A stretch of DNA of 64,000 bases, from positions 32,001 through 96,000 of the forward strand of contig CAVXYC010000030.1 of the NCBI GenBank assembly GCA_963765765.1, in the 5' to 3' direction. This document shows positions 53,968 through 63,125 of this stretch, in pieces (position 1 is the first letter of the stretch; every line of letters begins with the position of its first letter). The position numbers and the translations under genes are program-made. This stretch comes from an uncultured Chloroflexia bacterium (lineage in GTDB: Bacteria; Chloroflexota; UBA6077; JACCZL01). The notes under the pieces are model-generated. The model saw nothing but the letters and a program-made list of their open reading frames with translations, ran no database searches and had not been told where the DNA came from.

Positions 53968-54789
53968 TCAACTCATCCGGTCCGCAACGTACCACGCCTG
54001 GACAACGCGGTTCTCATCTGTATTTCGTGTGCCCACGAGCCGTCCTACGTCCACGTGGCGCACCAGCTCGGCAGCTTTTGACCCGGGGTTTACGCCATCG
54101 CGAGGCGTTGTGCTGGGATTGATCTCCCAGTGAACAATGCGGAATCCAGCGGCTTCTACCATGCTTCGCGTCTCCGACTCGCTGCAGAGGAAGCTCATCG
54201 AAGCGTCGTGCGCCCAGGGGACCGGGAACAGAATCGGCTGCACGGGGCCGGCGAGGACGTCCTGGATCGCCATCCGGCCGCCCGGTCGGAGAATGCGGTG
54301 TATCTCCTGGAATAACCGTGGTTTATCGCTAATGTTCATCGTGGCATTCTGTGACCAGGCCACATCGAAGGTGGAGTCGGGGAAAGGCATGTTCAGCGCA
54401 TCGCCGTGCCGATGACTTACGTGCTCGCCAAGGCCGGTGAGCTGGGTGAGCCGCTCACCAACGCGGATGAACTCCTCGGTGAGATCCAGCACGGTAACCT
54501 GGGCGTCCAGGAGCTCGGCAAGTGTGCGAGCGGGACCGCCGTAGCCGCCGCCCACATCCAGAATGCTCGCCCTCCGCGGCAGGTCTGCCAGGTCTAGGAG
54601 TCCCAGAGTGGCCGTCTTGCCGCCGCCATGGAATTGGTCGAACCCGGCCAGATCGTCAGTTGACGGATGAGCTGAGTCGATTCCGGCCTTCTCCAGCTCC
54701 TCTAGGATGACCTCGTACAGATCATGACGGCCGTAATGCTCGTTGATGCGTTGCCAGCGATCTTCGGAGTTCGTCATGGTTGCCTCCAT
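53968..54789 (-). CDS. Class I SAM-dependent methyltransferase
   Basis: DQFHGGG, LDVGGGYGGPAR, GDALNMPF, LRPGG. Confidence 0.9.
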   Translation of the reverse strand: MEATMTNSEDRWQRINEHYGRHDLYEVILEELEKAGIDSAHPSTDDLAGFDQFHGGGKTATLGLLDLADLPRRASILDVGGGYGGPARTLAELLDAQVTVLDLTEEFIRVGERLTQLTGLGEHVSHRHGDALNMPFPDSTFDVAWSQNATMNISDKPRLFQEIHRILRPGGRMAIQDVLAGPVQPILFPVPWAHDASMSFLCSESETRSMVEAAGFRIVHWEINPSTTPRDGVNPGSKAAELVRHVDVGRLVGTRNTDENRVVQAWYVADRMS

Positions 54790-54844
54790 GGAGCCTTCCG
54801 AGTAGCTCCCCCGCTTCCTGCCTGCGGAGCGATGTTCTCATTGT

Positions 54845-54884
54845 GCTCGCGGGAAGGGCTGGGGTAGGGTCCCTTCCCGCGAGC
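54845..54884. repeat. 14-bp inverted repeat (GGGAAGGG-type palindromic repeat / terminator)
   Basis: GCTCGCGGGAAGGG-12 nt-CCCTTCCCGCGAGC. Confidence 0.6.
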
Positions 54885-54922
54885 TCTAATCCCGCCCCGA
54901 CATACGTATTCGCAGAAGCGTG

Positions 54923-56128
54923 TCACCACACCTCGTCCACTGACAGACCGAGCGCACTCCGCCCAGCGTACACCAGGGTCTTCTCCGGAGGAAGCGGATG
55001 GTACTTGCCCCCGCGAACATCGCGGTAAGCACGCTCAAGAGGCGATCGCTTGAAGTACGATGATCCGCCCGCCGCTTCCATCGCCAGGTCCACGACCTCT
55101 TCGGCCTCGGTGATGACGCAGCGCTTGGCGATGAGAGCCGCGTTCGTGTTCTGCTCATTCAAGGAGTAGTCGAAGTCTTCGCCAAGCTCAGTCAGGCTGC
55201 CCATGAGCGTCCACCAGGCTACACGAAGCTTGTAGTCCATGAGACCCACGAGCCGAATCAAGGCAGAATCCTCGGTCGGCACATCACCGTTGCGCGCGGG
55301 ACGGCGAGAAGCTACACGGACGGCTTCATTCCGAGCGCCCGCCGCGATTCCGAAGTAGACGCTGGCCATGGTCGGTCCGAAGTGGGTCAGCGCATTGTGG
55401 AATGCGGCGTCCCACCGGCCCCAGGGTCGACGCGCCGCGATCTGCGCCTCTGAGACGAATACGTCGTCAAGCTGAATGTCATGACTACCCGTGCCACGCA
55501 TGCCCAACGCATCCCACGTCTCCAGCACCTGAAAGCCTTCGCTGTTACGCGGAATGCCCATGGCCAGGACGATGCGTCCCTCCTGTGGATCGTCATACGC
55601 TGCCATCGTGCTCAGCACATTGGCGACCGGTGCCTGGCTGCAGAACGCCTTGCGCCCCGTGACTCGGTAGCCGCCCTCAACTCTTACGGCGGTGGCACTG
55701 GGCCACAGACTGTCAGAGCCACCGCTGGTCATCAAGATCAGGCCATCGTTGGCGACGCGTTTAAGAAGTCCATCCGCGCCAGGCGCTCCATGCTTCCACC
55801 GATACACGTTGGTCGTCACCAGGTACAGGTGCATGTTTACCGCGAGGGCCGTGGAGCCACAGTACCGGGCCAGCTCGGCCTGAGCGTAACATGTCTGACG
55901 AAGTGACGCGCCGAGGCCACCAAGCTCCTCAGGAACAATAAGCCGCGTATACCCAGATTCCCGCAGGGCCGAGTAGTGCTCAGACACGAAGGACCCATCG
56001 CGATCATGCTCCGCCGCGAGGGGCGCAATTCGCGCCCCAAGCTCGGCGGCCAGCGGCACGAAACGATCGTCTCCTTCGTGTAACGGCGACGGTCGGAACT
56101 CAGTGGTGCGAGTCATAGTCTGAATCAT
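54923..56128 (-). CDS. Acyl-CoA dehydrogenase-family flavoprotein
   Basis: VPEELGGLG, STALAVNMH, GRKAFCS, WDALGMRGTGSH, LERAYRDVR. Confidence 0.9.
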   Translation of the reverse strand: MIQTMTRTTEFRPSPLHEGDDRFVPLAAELGARIAPLAAEHDRDGSFVSEHYSALRESGYTRLIVPEELGGLGASLRQTCYAQAELARYCGSTALAVNMHLYLVTTNVYRWKHGAPGADGLLKRVANDGLILMTSGGSDSLWPSATAVRVEGGYRVTGRKAFCSQAPVANVLSTMAAYDDPQEGRIVLAMGIPRNSEGFQVLETWDALGMRGTGSHDIQLDDVFVSEAQIAARRPWGRWDAAFHNALTHFGPTMASVYFGIAAGARNEAVRVASRRPARNGDVPTEDSALIRLVGLMDYKLRVAWWTLMGSLTELGEDFDYSLNEQNTNAALIAKRCVITEAEEVVDLAMEAAGGSSYFKRSPLERAYRDVRGGKYHPLPPEKTLVYAGRSALGLSVDEVW

Positions 56129-56196
56129 GTCTCTACCTCCGTGAGCGTCACATTTGCTCGCTCGCTGGCAGACTACATCCCGACACATGGGCCGCC

Positions 56197-56248
56197 ATCC
56201 GGGGTTTCCGTGATTCTCAGTTTGGTCACGGTGAGGGAATTCCCTCAT
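56197..56248. promoter_or_regulatory. Candidate LuxR/LAL-regulator boxes
   Basis: Perfect palindrome TGAGGGAATTCCCTCA (56232-56247) and related ATCCGGGGTTTCCGTGAT (56197-56214) between the regulator and the ACAD gene. Confidence 0.55.
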
Positions 56249-56279
56249 CCATCAGGGTGCGTGAGAACAGCTCTTGCGC

Positions 56280-59238
56280 TCAGTCGCCCATCCCGTGGCG
56301 GAGCGCCCAGGCGATCGCTTCCGCTCGGCTGCGCACACCGAGCTTGGTATAGATGTGCGTCAGATGCCGGTCAACGGTCGCTACGCTGACCACCAGAGCG
56401 TCGGCAATCTCCCTGGTGGTAGCTCCGGTCACGAGGTGCTCGAGAACGGTGCGCTCGCGTGTGCTCAACCTATCGGACGCTTCGCTGGAGGGGACGGAGT
56501 CTGTCTCGGACACGGGTATCTGGAAGGCAATTGCCTCGTCGATGGCCTGGTCAATGGACATCGCTCGTCCGGTGGTCCAGGCTTTCTCAAAATCGTCCGA
56601 TGCCAGCCGCGCCCGAGCAGATTCCGTCGTCTCCGTAATGACCGACTCGGCTAGAGGTATCGGCATGACGTCGATGGCCGCGCTGAACGCATGGACGGCG
56701 CTGATCAGTCGGACCGCCCGCTCTGGATCGCCGAGTGCATTGATCAGAGCTGCCCAGGTAGCCAGGCCATTGTGAACGGTCCATGGTGTGCCCAGGCCCT
56801 GAAGCTGTGTGACGCCTGAGCGTACGAGCTCCAGCGCCGGACGATAGTCTCCGCGCCGAAACGCTACCAGGCCCTTGAGGTGGGAACAGATCGCTTCACC
56901 TTCCAGGAACCCGATCTCCTGCCGAATCGCGACAGCGCGGCCGTAGTGCTCCCACGCGGCGTCCAGATCATTGCCAATGTGCGCGGCCAGCGCCAGCAGG
57001 TGCACTGACCAGCCCATCAGCCACCGATCGCCGCACGCCTCGGCCACGCTCAGACTTCGCTGCCCCAGGCGCCTGGCGGCCTCGGCATCGTTTTCGAAAT
57101 ACCGAACACGCCCCATGACGTGAAGAACCCAGGCGTCAGCCCACTGATTGTGATGCTCCCGAGCGAGAGGCAGGGCCTCCTCGAGGAAGTGTTCAGCCGC
57201 GGCGCTATCGCGTTGGATGTGTGCCAACCAGGCTGCCCCGTAGAGCGCCTTGAGTCTCGCCTCGCCACCCGCCAGGATCGCTCAAGCGCCTGCTGCAACC
57301 AGCGCCGCCCTTCACTAATATGACCCCGCTGTGGCCAGAACCAGGCCAGCGCACCCGTTAAGCGAAGCTGCTCATCGTGGGCACGATCATCGGCGAAAAA
57401 GTAAGTGAGCGCAGCCCGCAGGTTATCGTGCTCGGCCTGCAGGCGGTCCAACCAGGCCAGTTGTGCTCGGCCACGCAGGAGCGGCTCCGCCACCTCCGCA
57501 AGCTGTAAAAAGTAGCCTGCCTGCCACCTTCGCATCGAAGCCAGCTCAGCCTCACTTTCGAGCTGCTCAATGCCGTATTCCCGAATGGTCTCGAGCATGG
57601 TGAAGCGCGGCTCGCCCGATGCCGCGTCCATGGGTCTGATCAGGCTCTGACTGATGAGCGACTCGACCCCATCGACGACTTCGTTCTCGACGATTGACCA
57701 ACGTTGATTACCAACGGTCGCGGCAGCCGCTGCTTCGGCGGACTCGAGCGTGAACCCGCCAACGAAGATTGCCAATCGTCGAAACAACAATTGTCCTCCG
57801 ATGGGAGCAGGTTGTAGCTCCAGGCGATAGTATTACGAAGCGTGCGCTGCCGATCGGGCAAATCCACGTTCCCACCGGTCAGGAGCTGCAGCCGCGGCGG
57901 CGATTGGGTCTCCTGAGGAGCGCCCGCAATCGTCGTCGCGTCGGGATCGGTAAGCGTGCCTCCGAGCCGAACGAGCATCGACTCAGCGGAGAAGATTCGG
58001 ACACGAGCCGCTGCCAGCTCCACGGCCAATGGCAGTCCATCGAGCCGGTGACAGATCTGTGCGACAGTCGCCGCGTTCTCCGAAGTGAGCATAAAGTCCG
58101 GCCGCACGGCGCGAGCGCGGTCTACAAATAGACGGACCGCCTCGGAGGCGGCGAAGCGATCGAGCGTCGTGAGTGACCCTGCGTCGGTCGGTTGCACGCT
58201 CGGCAGGTCAAGTGGCGGGACCGTCCGCTCACGCTCACCCGAGATTCGGAGTGCTATGCGACTTGTCACTAACAGGGTGCACCCGGAACAGCGCGTCAGG
58301 AGAGCCGCCAGGGCCGCGCCGGCAGCGTGCACCTGCTCGAAGTTGTCAAGTATCAAGAGCATGCGCTTGCTGCCCAGGTGATCGGCTAGCACCTCAATCG
58401 AAGGTCGTCCCTGCACGTCTGGCAGACCGAGCGCCTGCACCACCGTTGGAATGACGAGATCGGGATCCACGATGGGTGCCAGGGGTACAAAGCACAACCC
58501 ATCGGCGTAGCGGTCCGCGGTCAGCGCGGCGAGCTGAATGGCAAAGCGCGTCTTGCCCGTCCCGCCGGGTCCGGTGAGCGTCATCAACCGACAGTCAGTC
58601 AGGGCAGCGCATGCCTCCGCCAGCTCGCGCTCGCGTCCGATAAACGTCGTTAACTGCTCCGGCAGGCTCGGAGCGTGATGTCCGCCGGTACGGAGCGCTG
58701 GAAATTCTTCCGGCATTCCAGCCACGATGAGCTGAGCTAGGTGCTCCGCGCGCGGCAGATCCTTGAGCCAGTATTCGCCCAGATCGCGAAGCGCGACGCC
58801 GTTAGGAAGATCCGCTTCTATGAGCTCACGCGTGGATCGCGAGACGAGAATCTGCCCGCCATGGCCGGCGGCGCCGATACGCGCGGCCCGGTGCACGTCG
58901 AGCCCGATGTAGTTGCCGCCGACCACATCGGGCTGTCCCGTGTGGATGCCCATACGCGCGCGTATGGGACCCGCCGCCGCTGCCAATGCCGCGGCCAACG
59001 CCCGCTGGATGTCCAGTGCCGCGTTTACCGCATCGAGCGCACGGGCGAAGACCAAGAGGAAGCCATCGCCCTCGTTGCTGACTTCGTGGCCCCGACGCTC
59101 CGCGAGCGTCGCCCGAACCAGGGAGTGATACGACTGAAGCACGTCGCTGTAAGCATCGCCAAGCGCATGCAGCAGGCGAGTGGAGCCTTCAATATCGATC
59201 ACCAGGAACGTCACAGTCCCTGCGGGAATTGCGGTCAA
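56280..59238 (-). CDS. Adenylate/guanylate cyclase - NB-ARC/STAND ATPase - TPR - LuxR HTH regulator (frameshifts about 57790 and 57250)
   Basis: DIEGST, EGDGF, RMGIHTG, GPGGTGKT, LDNFEQ, LDGLPLAVELAAAR, LSTRERTVL...IYTKLGV. Confidence 0.88.
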
Positions 59239-59388
59239 GCCGCTCGCTCCTCGCGAGTCTTGAAAGGATGGTTACTCAGATTATCTCGCATTCAGAGTCG
59301 ATCGTCAGTGGCCTCATCTAACAATAGAGCAGAAGCAAACCAAGCGAATCGATCGTGTGGGGAAAAGAGGAGAGACACAACCATACGC

Positions 59389-59767
59389 ATGGTTTTTGTG
59401 AGTCTGCCGGTCAAAGGCCTGAACGCCTCCAAGGAGGTTTTTCCCAAACTCGGCTTCACCTTTAACAACGACTTCACAAATGATGAGGGAGCCTGCATGG
59501 TCGTGGATGAGAACATCTTCTGCATGCTACTCACCGAGCCGCACTTCAAGGGCCTCATCACCGGCGACATCAGTGATGCTCACAAGTCCATGGAAGTGAT
59601 CAACTGCCTTTCATGCCAGAGCTGGGAGGAAGTGGACGATATGGTAGCCACGGCACTCGCCGCGGGCGGCAAAGAGTGGAAGCCGAAGATAAAGCAGCAT
59701 GTATGGCTGGAGCCTCCAGGACCCTGACGGGCACGTATGGCAGCTGACGTATATGGAACAGCAGTAG
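59389..59767 (+). pseudogene. VOC/glyoxalase protein, frameshifted about 59698 and divergent
   Basis: VSLPVK...LGFTFN.DFT, CMLLT; MYGWSLQDPDGHVW in a second frame. Confidence 0.7.
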
Positions 59768-59892
59768 CGAGCGACGTCCGGTCGGCGATGAACCAGACTT
59801 GATTACAGTGAGGAATTCGGCGCGTCTTTAAGGCAAGATGCGCAGAGTTCAATGTTCACCGCGCGTGACTGAGCACATCGGGGTTGACCACA

Positions 59893-60129
59893 TTAATGGG
59901 CGTAACTTCCGCGTACGCGTTGACCAACGTTGTCCGCCTGCTGTTGCGTGCTCAAGCGAGCCTGGAAATAGGGCTTCTCAAAGGTTCGCTCGAGCTCCAC
60001 GATGATGGGCTCCGAGACGATTAGTTCCCATTCACCAATTAGCCACAGGCGCAACAGGCGATCGGGGATGCTATCGCGCACAGTGAAGCCTGAAGCCAGG
60101 ACATTCGTGTCCAGGACAGCGCATTTCAC
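59893..60129 (-). pseudogene. PIN-domain toxin (putative_PIN type), truncated
   Basis: AVLDTNVLAS, IVSEPIIVELER; only 78 aa, C-terminal acidic motifs absent; start overlaps antitoxin stop (GTGA). Confidence 0.75.
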
Positions 60130-60455
60130 CCGCGATCGGAACTCAGAGTGGTCCTGCGGTTCTCAGCTCTGACTTCGGCGATCGCTCTGGAGATCTCACG
60201 CTCTACCTGCTCACCTGGGGCATCAGCAAACGCCGCCTGGCTGGCATCAAGGATCGCTAGATCCTTCTGGCGCTCGGCGTCCATTTGGTTTAGTCGATCC
60301 AGATCTTGAGCGGAGACAATGGCCGCGACAGGGATACCGCTTTTCTCAACGAGCACTCGCGCCTGGCGGCGAAAGACTCGGTTGAGCAGATCGCTGCATT
60401 GGGCTCGGGCTTCGGATGCTTTGATCGTTTGAGTCATAGGTTCACGCTCCGACAT
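60126..60455 (-). CDS. Phd/YefM-family antitoxin
   Basis: IKASEARAQ.SDLLNRV...VLVEKSGIPVAAIVS; RBS AAGGAGG. Confidence 0.9.
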   Translation of the reverse strand: MSEREPMTQTIKASEARAQCSDLLNRVFRRQARVLVEKSGIPVAAIVSAQDLDRLNQMDAERQKDLAILDASQAAFADAPGEQVEREISRAIAEVRAENRRTTLSSDRG

Positions 60456-60483
60456 GGCACCTCCTTTCCAAGTGTCATAGTCC

Positions 60484-60526
60484 GTACAAATTTGTACAGA
60501 GTAGACGAAACTTGACAGAATGTCAA
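60484..60526 (-). promoter_or_regulatory. TA operon promoter and operator
   Basis: Minus strand TTGACA (60526-21), 17 nt, TACTCT (60503-498); perfect palindrome GTACAAATTTGTAC at 60484-60497. Confidence 0.7.
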
Positions 60527-60581
60527 TAGGGCAATCGAGCCGCGGTGCCGATAACCATATAAACTCTTCATTGGATCATGG

Positions 60582-61652
60582 ATGCGAAGTCTCCGAATTG
60601 ACGACAAGCTGCCTTCCTGGGACAAGACTGAACCGCGGCATGAATGGAAAGGCATTCTAGTTGGCAACGGGGCTAGTCGTGCAGTTTGGGACGACTTCCA
60701 ATACACCTCTCTCTATGAAACGTCTCTATCAGGTGGTCCATATGGGAAGGTGAATAAGTATTTGAGACCCTATGCTGAAGAGCGTGGTCTGTGGCATTCG
60801 CTAACCAAAACTGACCAGGTCATATTCGAGTCAATGAAGACTCAGAATTTTGAACAAGTATTATCAGCACTGATGACTGCCAGGACCGTATGCGAATCAC
60901 TAAACATAGAAACTGCAACGATACAATCGTGCTACAAGAGCGTTCAAAATGCACTGATACACGCTGTTAAACATGTTCATATACCACATAATCTTGCTAA
61001 ACCTATGTTTGAGAATATAAGAGAATCACTCAGAATGCATTCAGTAATATTCTCAACGAACTACGATTTAATAATATATTGGGCTATTATGGATGGTTAG
61101 TATAAAGATTTTCCAGACTACTTCTGGGGGAAGGACAGTAGATTTAACAACACAGATACTAATACAAGACGAGTTGACGTAACGCGACTTCTATTTCTTC
61201 ATGGAGCTCTGCACCTGTATCGTGCTCAGGACGGTGAAACGTTTAAGTCCAAGAGTGACTTTGGCAGTACACTGTTAGATCAATTTGGAACATTGATGGG
61301 TGATGACTACACCCCGTTGTTTATAACCGAGGGAACAGCTCAAAATAAGCTTGCGTCCATTCACCATTCTGATTATCTGTCTTTTGCTTATCGAGAGTTT
61401 GAGCAGCACGATGGCCCGCTGGTGGTGTTCGGACAGGCACTTGGAGATAGTGACAAGCATTTGGTTGAAGCGATCGACGGCTGGGGAAAGAGGCCCATAG
61501 CAATTGGGATGTTGCCCAGCGACTCTGAGAGTATCAGGAAGCGGAAACTTGCTCTCCATCAGCAATTACCAAAGGCTGAGCTGCTTTTCTTCAATGCAAC
61601 AACGCATCCTCTGGGGTCGCCGAACCTTAAGGTTGCGCGGCCGACTCCCTAA
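60582..61652 (+). pseudogene. DUF4917 / SIR2-like protein with a single in-frame TAG at 61098-61100
   Basis: LVGNGAS, FSTNYDLIIYW, *YKDFPDYFW, LHGALHL, PLFITEG...K...I..SDYL, VFGQALGDSDKH; both halves in one frame; AT-rich (18/60 G+C at 60961-61020). Confidence 0.8.
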
Positions 61653-61656
61653 TGAT

Positions 61657-61938
61657 TCAGGGTTTATAAGAGCACCAGGAGCCATCGTCGTTCCTTTGAT
61701 GGCAGCTCCAGAAGGGGCCGCGGCGACTATGCATCAGCGTCATGGGAAGCTGATGCACCGCGCAGACGGGTGCGCGCAGCGGTTGTGATTCGGGATCAGC
61801 TTCAGGAAGCATTGATTCAGGCTTGCTCGCGGCGCGCTGGATGACCTGCTCGACTGTTTCTGATGGGTCTTTGGTTTGGCCCACCATCGCAAAATTTCCA
61901 GCCATCTTGGCAATCACCAGGTACGTGGTTTTACCCAT
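61657..61938 (-). CDS. Small protein with a C-terminal Zn-ribbon-like motif
   Basis: RBS AAGGGAG; CAVH...GPFWSC...DGSWCSYKP; directly downstream of the recombinase. Confidence 0.65.
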   Translation of the reverse strand: MGKTTYLVIAKMAGNFAMVGQTKDPSETVEQVIQRAASKPESMLPEADPESQPLRAPVCAVHQLPMTLMHSRRGPFWSCHQRNDDGSWCSYKP

Positions 61939-61975
61939 CAGCTCACCACTCCCTTCTGTGAGGATGGGGTGGCGC

Positions 61976-62864
61976 TCATAGGCTGGTTTTCTCCATGGCC
62001 TTTCGGCCGCTTCGCTTGGCCAGGTGCACATAGATCTGGGTCGTGTCCAGTCGCGCGTGCCCCAGCCAATCCTTGAGCTGAAAGGCACTCACCCCGTGCT
62101 GAGCCTTATAGGTCGCGAAGGTATGCCTGAAGGAATGGCACCCTGCCCGCTTGGTGATCTGAGCACCCCGACGGTACTTGGTCACGAGTTTCTGCACTCC
62201 ACGCTGGCCGAGTGGCTCACCATACTGGTTCAAGAAGAGATGGTCATCGGACACGTCAGGTCGGACCTTCAGCCAGCTCCTGATGGCTTGCATGCCTTTC
62301 TTCTCCAGCTCGATCTGACGGGTCACCATGCCTTTACCCACCACAGTGATGAGCTGGTGCTCCAGGTCGACCGCTTCAAGCCGTAGGCTACACAGCTCGG
62401 ACACCCTGATCCCTGTCTGCAAGAACAGCTGGAGAATGGCAAAGTCCCTGGGGTTGCCCCCAGCTTGCGCCAACATTCTGGAATATTCATCGGGTGCCAG
62501 GATGGAGCGGGAGTTCTTCTCTTTCTTGGGTGTGTCCAAGCCTTCAGCAGGGGAGTGGGCGATGACTTGCAGATCTTCCCGCGCGAAACGGAAATATTCT
62601 CGGATCGCGGCCAGCTTGCGGGCTCGAGAGACCGCCCGAGAGTTTCTTCTCGCCCAGGCAGGCCAAATACTCCCGCACATCCACCCGAGCTACGTGATCC
62701 ACCGCGGCGATGGTGGCGTTGTTGGCGTGGATCCAGTCAATGAACTGACTCAGATCCGTGCGATAGGCACTCTGGGTGAGCTCGCTCCTGTTTCTGGCCT
62801 GCAACCAGCGGAGGAATTGCTCAAGCGCGAGTTCTAACGTGGGGGCTGTGGTGGTGATGGTCAT
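61976..62864 (-). CDS. XerC/D-like tyrosine recombinase (frameshift about 62635)
   Basis: N-terminal SAM-like AYRTDL; catalytic TGIRVSE, GKG, HSFRH, LGH, TTQIY. Confidence 0.92.
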
Positions 62865-62967
62865 AGAGCTGGCTGGTGTCCTTCCAGGAACGATCACCAA
62901 AGAATGATCGACCTGACCCCAGAGTCTCACGACGGGCCCCGCGGCACAACAGCCTTTCTCCAGTAAA

Positions 62968-63109
62968 ACATGGTTCGCATAACCATGTCAATCGGGAGTT
63001 ATTGCGACCCCAAAGTAAGCGGGGTTGAGATCAGCTTGGGAAGCTCTGGTTCGCAGAAGAAGCGTTATGAGACCCGCGAGTCAGTCCGATAATGGGGGTT
63101 ATCGGAACG
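62968..63109. promoter_or_regulatory. Cluster of dif/Xer-like recombinase binding sites
   Basis: GGTTCGCATAA (62972-82); GGTTCGCAGAA-6-TTATGAGACCC (63048-75); CAGTCCGATAA-6-TTATCGGAACG (63082-109). Confidence 0.7.
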
Positions 63110-63125
63110 AAAAAAGCGGGCCTTG

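Larger units (their letters stand above)
60545..63109. mobile_element. Putative tyrosine-recombinase mini-element carrying DUF4917
   Basis: Recombinase, Zn-finger ORF and low-GC cargo; ends GTGCCGATAACC (60545-56) and GGTTATCGGAAC (63097-108) are inverted at 11/12. Confidence 0.55.
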
